Shown here piece by piece: positions 37,682 to 48,738 of a stretch of DNA of 64,000 nt. The DNA lies in the NCBI GenBank assembly GCA_001179505.1, contig CDMY01000407.1, positions 1 through 64,000 of the forward strand, written 5' to 3'. The stretch comes from Vitrella brassicaformis CCMP3155. Lineage: Eukaryota; Protista; Chromerida. The notes under the pieces were generated by a model. It searched no databases. It was not told the DNA's origin and saw only the letters and a list, made by a program, of their open reading frames with translations. The first letter of the stretch is position 1, and each line of letters begins with the position of its first letter. The translations under genes were made by a program, and so were the position numbers.

Positions 37682-38188
37682 CTAGCACGAACGATTCGTC
37701 CTGGTAGTTGGGCAAGGCATTCGCTCGGAGGCCCTGAAGCCCGCTATACCCAACACGTTGACGGGCGCAAAGCTGTCGTGAGATCGGTGGCAGTCAATTA
37801 CATCATCGCCTATCCGCACCCTCATCGAGTTGGGCACATCTCGGCCGCCCAAGAGCGCACCCATGGCCCTCTCGGAGAGGAATGAAGACGGCGGCCCCGT
37901 GACCACCAGAAACAGTACGTTGACGGGCTTGGCAGCTGGGCGAGACTCGTCGCGGCACACGAGATTGATGAGCATCCGTGATGAGTCTCCCCAGATCGTG
38001 CCCGCCCTCCACCAGCCAGAGGTCGAAGTAGAAGGGGCCTCCGACAGATACTCGACGCCCAGCTTGTCCATCGACACATGCTCAAGGTCCGCTTCCCTCA
38101 ACTCGCTCGGCGGGAGCAGCGGGCCCGGTGCCTCCAGGCGAGTGACCACAAGCCCGGGCTGAGCCTGGCGTGACGTACTGGCTCCCAT
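37682..38188 (-). CDS. Retropepsin-like protein, copy 2, with VTG in place of catalytic DTG and an MGASTS N-terminus
   Basis: Open 168-aa ORF containing VNVLFLVVTGPPSSFLSERAMGALLG...SHDSFAPVNVLGIAGF. The MGxxxS start fits N-myristoylation. Confidence 0.65.
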   Translation of the reverse strand: MGASTSRQAQPGLVVTRLEAPGPLLPPSELREADLEHVSMDKLGVEYLSEAPSTSTSGWWRAGTIWGDSSRMLINLVCRDESRPAAKPVNVLFLVVTGPPSSFLSERAMGALLGGRDVPNSMRVRIGDDVIDCHRSHDSFAPVNVLGIAGFRASERMPCPTTRTNRSC

Positions 38189-39471
38189 CTGGCGGCCTGG
38201 GATGCTCGAAGGATGCGATTCTGGGAAGACGACGAAGGAAGGGCTTGTCAGCGACCGCCAAGGGGGCCTTTCCTCCTCTCAAATACGCCAGAGATAGACG
38301 AAGAGGGTGACGCTGCTCAGAGCACACCAGCGAGAGTAAGGCACGTCAGAATGTGCTCTGCGTGGTATCAGAGTGTATTCTGCACTCGTGTGCATGTGCG
38401 TCGTGCGTAATTCTTACCTTGGAAGCGTCAAAATCCGTGAGCCACAACGAAGATGCGAGCTTGGCTCAGGAAAGATCTGCCTGAGATGAGATTGGGCTTT
38501 CTGCCAACTTTCTGATTCATCATCTCTTCTCGCGTGCTGGGGCAGATGATACCAGATGATGACGATGAATGGGCTCTGGGAAGATGCTTCGATGAAGCGG
38601 CTGATGGACTCAGTATCGTCTGCCTCTTCGCCGCACAGGCAGGCAACCAAGATCGTGCACACTGCACACGCCATCCATCCATCCGTCCATCCGTCCATTG
38701 ATTCATTCCCAGTTCATTCATGCGCCACAGATGACTGACTTTGCACGTGTGTGTGTGTGTGATTTGGCGCCCAGCCACCCACGCATGCAAAAGACTACAG
38801 GTGGGTGGCTGGCGTGGGTGGCTAGGGGCGGTCACGTCACATGCATTGCAATGGATAGATGGTCGTGTGGGGTGTTTGTTGGGACTTCTTTGCTCCGTGT
38901 GGTGTATAATGTAATTAAGGTTGGGACTTCTTTGCTCCGTGTGCGAGTTGCTGCCCGAGGTGGAGGAGGACAACATCTGCATCAACTTCCTCGTGCGGCG
39001 TCTGAGCATCAACCTGCACTACGACCCCAACTCAGACGTACTTTGGACACTGCTGTCCACCGATCGCAGGATGCCGCCCAACGTCGCAGCCCACCGTGTA
39101 GGAAGCACCAAGAGCTACCCAGCTGGTCACTGGTTGCATCTGGTTGCTCAAGTGGTTAGGTAGAGCTCTAATTGAGACAGCACCGGTCTGTCAGCCAATC
39201 GTTTGCCTGACATGGACTTGTCCCATGCATGCATGGCCGATGCACTCACATGAATTCAAGACGTACGCAACCGAAACTATCAACAAAGAATCGACGACGC
39301 ACGCAGCGCAGACAGGGCCATACGCACTCAGACAGGGCCATATGCACTCAGACAGGAGCATCACATCACACTACATAAGATCACATGACATAAGGTCTCT
39401 CCGTGAGTGACGGCCTCCGTTTGACAGCGAAGAAATCCCACACACCCATAAACGTCCCATCCATCGGCTGA

Positions 39472-42405
39472 TCAGCCCATGGTGCCATGCGAGTCGACAC
39501 TGTACACAACATAGAATGCCACACCCCCCAGCAGCACGACTGTCAGGCCCACAGACAGCACCCTTTTCTCCCATGCCGTCTGCTCGAGCCGCCGGATGCG
39601 CTCCATTCGCCGCTGCAGCTCCTCTGACGCCCTCTCCACCTCCCTCTTGTCGTCCACACCGCAGAACCACCGCGCAAACGCACCCAACACACCCACAACG
39701 CCCCCCCGGCTCCTGTGGCGACGCTCCTCTGTCTGCTCCTGCTGCTCAGACGTGGGCGCGGGTGGTTGCTGGTGCTCATCTGGCTGGTCTTGCCCGTCAG
39801 GAGGGTCCGCTTGGCTGCCATCGGGCGGTGTCTCGCTCTCGTTGGCAACGCCCTCCATTGTGGTGGTGTATGATGCACGGTTGGGGTCATCTGCACCGTC
39901 ACCGTTCTCCTCATCTGCCTTGCGTTGGTCATCCCTGGCTGGCTGGATGTATCGCGTCCAGAAGGTGACGGCCGGCAGGGACTCTGGCTTGGGGGGCGGG
40001 GTGAGAAAGGACACCGTAAGGCCCACGATGATCGTCACAAGCCCCTCGAAAAGAGCCATGTACCTGAGTGAGCGTAGAGCGTAGATACACCACAGAGACA
40101 GAGGTCAGGTGCCCAGGTACGGCGTGTGTTCCTTGCCCAGCTCACATGTAGTGCATCCTGACGAAGAGCCACCGGCTGTCGGGCACACCGCAGGGCAGCG
40201 GCGGATCGGAGAACTGGAAGATCAGTCTGACGATGCCGACAGCTGTGCCGGCGACGAGGCCCCAGAATGCGCCCGCCTCGTTGTAGCGCGGGATAAGCAT
40301 CGACGCCAGGTACAGCACACAGACTGCGACGAAGGGCAAAAGAGACACGCATGAAGGTGCTCTGCTCGTATTGTGTTGGGTATGTGTTGTGTTGACTGAC
40401 TGGGCGGTGCGAAGAACGACGTGACAATCTGGATATAGTAGAAGACCACCCCGCCGTTGATCGCCTGGATGAGCGGCATCCACAGGACGCTCAGCGCCAC
40501 AACAATACCCGCACCAACCTTGCCCACCTATATCACCACCAACCACACAAAGGAAGGGGGAGAGCAAGTGCACGCCCGCCGACACACAAAGTGCCAGCAT
40601 GTACATGTGTATGGATCACATCACATCCACTCACGATCAAGAGTTCCTTGGTGGATGCCTTTCCCCTCCTGATGGGCTGCCAGACATCGAGGGTGAAGAG
40701 GGTGCTGGTGCTGCTGATGATCGAGTCCATGCTGCTCATGATGGCGGCCAGGAAGACAGCGACCATCAGCCCCCGCACTCCCTCTGGCAGCAGCCGCATC
40801 ACCAGCAGAGGGAAGGCAACGTCACTGCACCCAGATCTCTCGCCACACGCCTTTTCACACGCCTCTTCGCTGGCACACGCTATGATGTCAGGATACAGCA
40901 CTCTCGCAATCATACCTGAAGAGACAGAGGGAGTCACACAGAGAGGCAATTGATGGGCGGTGGGTGCATCTGTGTCGTGGCCTTTCCCTCACCAGGCATC
41001 ACGAAAACGTACAGCAGAGTCGACTTGACCACTGACGCGAGAAGGCATCCCCCCTGGGCGTGTGAAAGGCTGCGTGCAGCCATGGTTCGCTGTACCATCA
41101 TCTGGTCGGCACACCAATGCCAAATTGACGACAGTGACTGGCCGAACACGAAGCCGGCCATTGGAATGTCCTGCACACAAGAGCACACACACCCAGCTGG
41201 TCAAAGGGGGAGTCGGGAGCCTCACCGTGCGATAGGTGTGTGCCTTACAGAGCCCCAGGAGTCGCGAAGGAGAATCCAGTAGTCGTCTCTCGGCTGACCG
41301 CAGTCACCCACCGCACTCTCAGTGTCAGACGCAATGGCCATCGGGTACTGATCAACACACACCACAGACGACACCAGCAGCTGTGGAGCATTCTCCTGGC
41401 TGATCTCTCTCTCTGTCAGAGATACAACACACCTTTTCGATGAGTCCCCAGTACCCCCCGACTCTGTCCCACGCAATGCAGGCCAGCGTGACGGCGCCCA
41501 CGACCATGCAGAGGGCCTGCAGGGTGTCGGTGTAGATGACGGCTGCCAGGCCGCCACCGATGGTGCAGACGGCCGTCAGGGCGAGCAGACTCAGCAGCGC
41601 CGCATACATATCCCAGCCCAGCACGACTCGAAGCAGAAGTGCAGCTGATGGACGGACGGATGCACCAACCACACCACACCACGCAGCCAGATAGGCATTG
41701 TTCAGTGGCGTGGGTGTGTCGTTGGCTCACCAGTGTAGAGGTCCACGCTAGTCTTGACGAGCACGTAGAGAACGAGCGACAGAAAGGTCAGGTACCCCCG
41801 CAATCGGTATCCCCCATATCGCTTCGTCATGTACTCAGGCAACGTCGACACACCCGACGACAACAACACCTGCACACAGCCACACACAGCCAGCATCGCA
41901 TCAGAGCACATTCCCTCCTCGTGTGGTCTCCCCCCGTCTCACGCACCGGCAAGACGACCCATCCGAGCAGTGACAGGCAGAAGATTGCGTCCAGCTCAAA
42001 TGCACCCACAGATATCCCGAACTTAGCGGCAGTGCCTGGCAGGCCTATCCAGTGCTCAGACCCTTTGATTGCAATGAAACAACCACACATGCGAGAGCAG
42101 TCAGCCAACACGTCCTTGCCTGAGCTGTAGCTTCCTGGCCGTACCGATGTTTGACGCAAAGATGGAGGCCCCCACCATGTAGAAGGGCATCGCTCTGCCG
42201 CCGAGAAAGTACCCCTGGATGACAGACCGCTTCGTACGACACATTGACAGAGCCGTGGCGGCGAGCGTCTGTAAGTGAACAAACAGCGCGAGCACAAGCA
42301 CATGGCGTTCTTGTTCGTCTTGTGTGCGTCTTTTTGCCTCACCAGCGCAATGTACACCCCAATGGAAACATAGTCGCCGGTTGCCAGAGTGGCGGCGGAT
42401 ATCAT
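39472..42405 (-). CDS. SLC5A: Sodium:solute symporter (SLC5/SSF, SGLT/SMIT-like), about 11 exons
   Basis: Motifs: [24 protein letters not shown]|[66 protein letters not shown] and [31 protein letters not shown]. Confidence 0.93.
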
Positions 42406-42564
42406 ATTCGGCAGACTTGCAAAAAACAGACACAAAAAGCATCAGATCTCGTTGCAGTCAACATAAGGCCCTGGTGTTCTTTTTCTTCTCTCCTGGAGCT
42501 AAGCTCGCAGCATTTGCGAGCTCAAAAGAAACGCATAGCCGAGAAAAGGAGTGATTGCATATAT

Positions 42565-44957
42565 ATGCCAGGGGGAGACTGTCCACCTCGCACGCCACAA
42601 CCATCATCATCCCTGACTGTCGTGCTGCCGCCGCCATCTCGTGCATCGCCATTATCCCACCATCCGCCCCGCGCCCACTCTCCCGGCCCTTCACCAGCAC
42701 CAGCACTGGCGCGAGGCGGCGGCCCAGCGCCGGCTATCTACGGCCGCGTCGACAGCAGTGACAGCTCCGACGCACTCATGACGGCCAAGGGCGACCGCCA
42801 CCACAGCAGCAGCTCCGGCAGCGCATCATGTGTGGTCGAGCTCGAGATACTCCCGGAGATACGAGTGTCACCGCCCAGCAAGGGCGGCGCTGATACTGTT
42901 GGTGCGGTGCCGGCGATAGGGCCCATTTTGATCTCTGGGGCGGGGTTCCTGGCGGACGCGTATGACCTGTTTGTCATCGACCTGGTGCTGGATATCCTGG
43001 CGCACGAGGGGAGGGGTCCACGCCCACAGACGGCGGCAGACAAGGGGGTGGTCGCGTCGGCCACACTGGCGGGGGCCGTCATCGGCCAAATAGGTGAGTG
43101 AGGAGGGACGAGAGAGGGAGAAAGAGAGAGATAGGAGGATAGAGAGAGAGGCCGCGTCTGACTGGACTGCCCGCTGTCCCTCGTCTCTCTCTCTTATGCA
43201 GGTTTTGGTTTCTTTGCCGACTGGGTGGGTCGGCGTGTTATGTTCATCACAACTGCCATCTTGATTGTTCTGGGGGCCGTGCTGTCGAGCGTCGTGCAGT
43301 GGGGCAGCATCGCGGGGATGGGACTTTACGGGCAGCTGGCCCTCTGCCGCTTCCTACTGGGGCTGGGCATCGGGGGCGAGTACCCGCTCTCAGCCACTGT
43401 CAGCTCTGAGAGTGCGGCCACGAGACGGAGGGGCCGCACCGTCGCCATGGTGTTCTCCATGCAGGTGTGAGCGAGGGATGAGAAGAGAGGCAATCAGATA
43501 TTGTCTGTATGCCGAGTGATATGTGGATGTGTGCAGGGTGTGGGGATGTTGTTGTCGCCTGTGTTGGTGTGGATCTTCCTTAGTGCCAATATGAGCCTCG
43601 AGAGGACATGGCGGACTGTCCTGGCGCTGGGAGCACTCCCCAGTGCCCTTGTGCTCTACTTCAGGTCCAGCAAATGGCCCACAACGACACCAAACCACAC
43701 CCTGATGTCACTTCATTCTCCTTCTAATGTCACGCCATGCAGGTGGCGAATGGAAGAAACGAAGCTCTTCCGGCAGGCCGCCTCGCGAGCGGCCCCCCGC
43801 CCCCACCACAGCACCATCTCGCCCATAACAAGACAGTGGTCGCGACTGCGCAGCCGCGGGGAGGCCTTTGCGGCGCACTTGAGGAGGTCTTGTCGGATAG
43901 TCGGCACCTACTGGCGGCCCCTGCTGGGGACGACCCTCTCCTGGCTCCTCCTTGATGTGACCTTCTATGGAAACGGGTCGTTCAAGAGCAGCGTTGCGGA
44001 AGCTTTCAGGCCGGGAGACGAACAGACGAGTGAGTGACTGAGGAGCAGGGGAGAAGAGGCACACCACTATGTATGTGTGCGTCCTTGTGCAGAGCGTCAT
44101 GCGATAATGGCTGACGCGTCGTTTGGCGTGCTGGTGGCCCTGATAGCCATCCCGGGGTACCTCTTGAGTGTGTGCTTCATCGACCAGATCGGCAGGCGGC
44201 GGCTGCAGCTGTGGGGCTTTGTCGCCATGGGGGTGTTCTTCGCCCTCCTGGGCATCGAGCAGATTGCAGGCGGTGGAATCCTGTCCCTCGAGCTGATTCT
44301 GTTTGGCGGCACTTTCCTGTTCAGCAACTTCGGCCCCAACACCACCACTTTCATCATCCCCGCAGAGGTGTACCCCACTCTCATTCGTGCCACCTGCCAT
44401 GGTGAGAGAGGGAGGGAGGGAGGGAGGGAGGGAGGGACCACGTGACCACACACCAGACACAGGGGATGAACGGGTCATGTATCATTCTTGGTGCAGGTCT
44501 GTCCGCGGCGTCGGGCAAGATGGGTGCCGTGATCGGCACCGTGGCCTTCACCCCCCTGCAGCAGGCCCTGGGCCTCGGCCCCCTACTCATCATATGTGCC
44601 AGTGTGGCCGTCATCGGCGCCGTTGTCACCCTCCTCTTCACCGACGACCAGGAGGTCGACCTCACCCTGCTCGACAGAGACGTGCCCATCAACGACGAGA
44701 GCGACAAGGACGGCAACGGCCTCGGCAGCCCATCGGATGGGCGGCCGCTCCGTGCTGAGATGGATCTGAGTCTGTCTGACGATGAGGAGGACAGCAGCAT
44801 CCAGCAGGCCATGGGGGGGACAGCCATGGCGGCGTATGAGGGTGGTGAGTCCCCGCGGAGCCCTCAGCGTTTCGGGCGGGGGGACAGCTCAGATCTGGAC
44901 AGCAGCCCTGCCAGCGGGAGGCTGGCAAGGGATGACAGGCCTTTCCGAGGGGCATAA
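42565..44957 (+). CDS. PHT1: MFS inorganic phosphate transporter (PHT1/PHO84 family)
   Basis: Motifs: GAGFLADAYDLF, FADWVGRR, LGLGIGGEYPLSATVSSE, SWLLLDVTFYGN, FSNFGPNTTTFIIPAEVYPT.IRATCHG|LSAASGKMGA. An alternative start is the ATG at 42778. Confidence 0.92.
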
Positions 44958-45312
44958 GTGTAGTGGTTGGTCTGTGTATTCGATGGATGAATCCTTTTGT
45001 GCCCAAGTGCGTGTGTGAGTTGAGTCGAATGCCTCTGTGAGTCAGTGCCTTCTTCATGTCGATTTTGGCGAGTTCGTGCGAGTTAGTGTGTGTCTTTGTA
45101 CATGTTCATAGGACACGCTTTGGCCGACAATGTAATTCGTCAAAAGCGTTCGATTCAGCCCCTTCCCTCCAGCGATCCGACAGCAGCGGTTTCAGGGAGC
45201 ACCCTGCGATCCGACAGGACTGCGAGCTTAGACCTGTCTGCAGAAGGAAAGAGAAACGCACGCACGACCGCTCTACAGCCCCGCCCCAGCGCTTTCAGCA
45301 GTCAGTCACGCA

Positions 45313-45835
45313 ATGGTACGCATGAATGCATTTTCGACACACCTACGGCTGCCGATGGCGAAGAGGCAGATGTGCGTTCCGCATGGCCAAGTGTGATTTT
45401 GCTGCTCTGTGGCTGCTGCTGCTTCAGAGTGGTGCGGCCAAGAGGTTCCTCCCGCTGCTGGATCGTGTGCTGGTGCAGAAGCTCAAGGCTGAAACGCAGA
45501 CCAAAGCAGGGATCTTCCTCCCCGACACCGCTAAGGGACCGTCAAACCTTGCCAAGGTCACAGCGAAGCGAACACCGTACTGATGTGGCAGATGATGAGA
45601 GCAAGGGCATGTGTGGCTGTGTGGCTGTGTGGCTGTGTGGCTGTGTGTGTCTTGATGATAGGTGTTGGCAGTGGGGACAGGGAAGATCACCAAGGAGGGC
45701 GCGACGGTGCCGTGCAGCGTCAAGGAGGGCGACACGGTGGTGATCCCCGAGTACGGCGGCATGACCATCAAGATCGAGGGCGAAGAGTTCCACGTTTTCC
45801 ACAACGAAGACCTCATCGGGGTCATGAAGGACTGA
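45313..45835 (+). CDS. HSP10: 10-kDa chaperonin (Hsp10/Cpn10), 101 aa, 3 coding exons
   Basis: Exons are 45313-45315 (ATG only), 45428-45556 and 45662-45835. They read MSGAAKRFLPLLDRVLVQK...GIFLP...VLAVGTG...VKEGDTVVIPEYGG. Confidence 0.95.
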
Positions 45836-46383
45836 CCGACTTGATGTGATGACCCTCACTGGTCGGTTGATATGGGTCAGTGCATGCATTTCCGTTGTCG
45901 TGAGACCGTGGCCGTGCTGCTGCGTTCTGCCTTCCTCCTTCCTCTTTTTAATGATGACTAACTGACTGACTGACTGAACGACTGACTGTCTGATTGACTG
46001 ACGGAGGCGGTGGTCACCGACCCCGCTGCTGCGTGTGCCTGTTGTGGTCGGGTAGCTCTGCTGCACACAGCACAGCACAGCACGACGGATGGGCAGACGG
46101 ACAATACATACGAACGTGCCATGCGTAGCCACCCATCTATCTGTCCATGAGGAGTTTTTGCCATACGTGGAGTCGTGTGTCGGCCGTGCGTGCGTGAAGG
46201 ACCTGCATCGCATTGATGACCCGACTATCGATCGCCCATGCCTGGGTGACTGAGCGATGACCTTCATCCCCCATCCATCCATGAGTGAGTGAATCTATTT
46301 GTGCGTTCGTTTACCCATCCACCCACCGCACGGACGAAGCCAGCCAATGAATGTCACAGCAGCAGGCAATCGGTCTCTCTACA

Positions 46384-48447
46384 CTACGCGTCGATCTGCT
46401 TGGCCTCGTCGTGCATCTCGCCGTGCATGGTGGTGGCGAGGTGTGCCTTGAGCTGTTTGATGAGCGGGAGAGGGCTCCGGTTGGACTTCTTCATGTCGGT
46501 GATGGTCTCGATGGCCGTCCGGGCGAAGTCGGCGTCCTCGTGAGCTATCCTGTCCAGTCTCCTGTTGCGCATGAGACACAGACACCATGTTAGTGTCAAT
46601 CCATGTGTGTACGAGCCTTGCAGATCAGATAGACTCCACTCCCACTCACTTCTGCATGCTGGCACGCTCATCGTCTTTCGCTTTCTGAACAGCGGCACAA
46701 CACAAACAAGACAGACAACTGCCCTTCCTGCTGTGCTGACGGGCGACACACGGCAATCAGTCAATACAAGCGAGACCCACCTTACCTGGACTTCCCAGGC
46801 CTTCAGCTCTGCCAGCTGTCGGTTGAATGCGGCGAGGTCCTGCAGCTCCTTGAACCGCCGTCTCCGGTCCTCGTCGTCCCGCTCGCACATGGCACTGAAC
46901 GACGAGTGCCAGTGCTGCAACATCCGCTGATCCTCCGCTCTCCGCGCCTCCTCGTTCGCCTGGGCAAAGGACAAGGAAGAGAAGAGCAAGTCTCTTCCCT
47001 GGTTTGTTACAGGCACACTGTGTGTGTGTGTGTGTGTGTCTGTGTGTCTGTGTGTCTGTGTGTCTGTGTGTCTGTGTGTGTGTGTGTGTGTGTTGGCTGC
47101 CTTTTTCATGGCGAGTTGCTGTGCTCTGTGCTCTTCGATCATCTGTCTCTGCAGGCGGGCCTGCTCCTCTTTGGCCATGAATTTGGCGTCCTCCTTGGCC
47201 TTGAACTCTGCTGCCTGATCGTTTGATGAATGAGAGAAAGAGGGGATGTTTTGGCTTGTTAGTTTCGTCCTCACCTCCCTCTCAGCTCTTGTCTCGTCAG
47301 CCTCATGAATGGCCTGCAGCAGTCTGGCCTGTTCGTCGATCATCCTCTGCCTGGTGGCCAGCTTGGCGTTGAAGATCTCCTCGGACCTCTTCTGCATCTT
47401 CTCCTGCATCTCCTCCTTCCGCTTGGCCCAGCCGGAGATGGCGGCGTCCTGCTCGGCCTCCACCTGACGCTCGCGCTGCTTGAGCTCCTCAAAGTACTTG
47501 TTGGACTTGACCGTCTCTTCCAAGGTTTTCTGCGCCATCTCGCGGCGCTTGACCTCGGCGGTGCGCTCGGCGATGATGTCCTCCTCGGCCTTCTTCTTGA
47601 GCATCTCGCCCTGGAGGATCTCATCCTGGATCTCTTGCAGACGCCTGCGCTTCATTTCTTCCAGCTGCTCGGCGCGCTCCTTCTGTGTCTCGGACACCTT
47701 CTTCTCCCGCTCTAGGGACTCGGCAACCTCCCTCTCAAGCGCTCGGCGATACGCCTGCAGCGCATACACAACAAATTGATGGTCATGTGTGTTGCCTGCA
47801 TGCCGTCTGTCATCGACCTGCTGTTCTTGCTCGAGGTGGAAGGCCTCCCTTTGTTTCTCGAGCGCACCGAGCTCCTCCTTGAGCGTTCGCTCCTCCTCCC
47901 AGTCAGTGTGGATGTCTGTGAGCATGGCGTTGCCCTGGAAAGCCCTGAAGTGCTCGCCGTGCTGCCGAGACAGCTCCAGGGCCCGGCCGATGGCCTTCTT
48001 CTTGAGCTCCTTCTGGTAGGCAGCCTCCTCGTTGTCCACCGCCTTTGCAAACCAACCCATTACAGACAGACAGACACCGTGCTGCTCGTGCTCCCTGGGC
48101 ATGATTGGCTCGTAACACGTGTGTGCTGAGTGTGCTGACCTGCTTGGCTGCCTCCTCGTCTGCCAGGCGCTTCTTTCGCATCTCTATCTTCAGTCTTCGC
48201 GCACCTGAAAATAGAGGAAGGAACGAAGGCATATTGAAGGGCCCCTGGCCATTTGGCGATGGTTCGGCTCACCCTGCAGCGTGTTTGACCACCGCGAGGC
48301 CCTCTCCTGCGACTTTTTGTGGAGTGCGAGGCGGTCTTCGGTGCCGTCGTCCTTGCTGTCCTCAGCAAGGGACGAACGGGCCCTCATTTTCTCCAGCTCA
48401 CTGGCGCATATCACCATCTGTGTGTTTGCAGCTTTGAGCTCCGCCAT
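46384..48447 (-). CDS. Coiled-coil cilia/flagella-associated protein, CFAP210/CCDC173-like
   Basis: LHKKSQERASRWSNTLQG|ARRLKIE...DNEEAAYQKELKKKAIGRA fits my recollection of the CFAP210 N-terminal signature, followed by a long E/K/R-rich coiled coil. Confidence 0.7.
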
Positions 48448-48738
48448 TTCACGACGCGGGACGGCTGCCCCCGCGAGCTTAGCCGCGAGATGTGGGGGTG
48501 CCCCCTTCGTGGTGCACGTCCGGAGACGGAGGTGTCGGCCATTGCTCCGCCGTCGGTCGGTGCCTTGCCCAGATCTGAGGCTGGGAGAAGAGGAGGGAAG
48601 TTTACGTCCTCAGGAGATCATTCGCCGTGAAACCGTTACTCGTCGAGATCTGTGCATTTTCAAGGCAGGGAGGTCAAGGACGCACAGACTGTCGACTGGT
48701 CGCCTCGCAGCTCAGCGGTGACTTTCTGAGGTCTGGAA

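Noticed and set aside
38190-39163. Protein-like ORF pieces between the retropepsin copy 2 and SLC5 (38418-38640 minus, 38941-39163 plus)
   Set aside because: There is no start-to-stop model or recognisable domain, and they may be decayed fragments.
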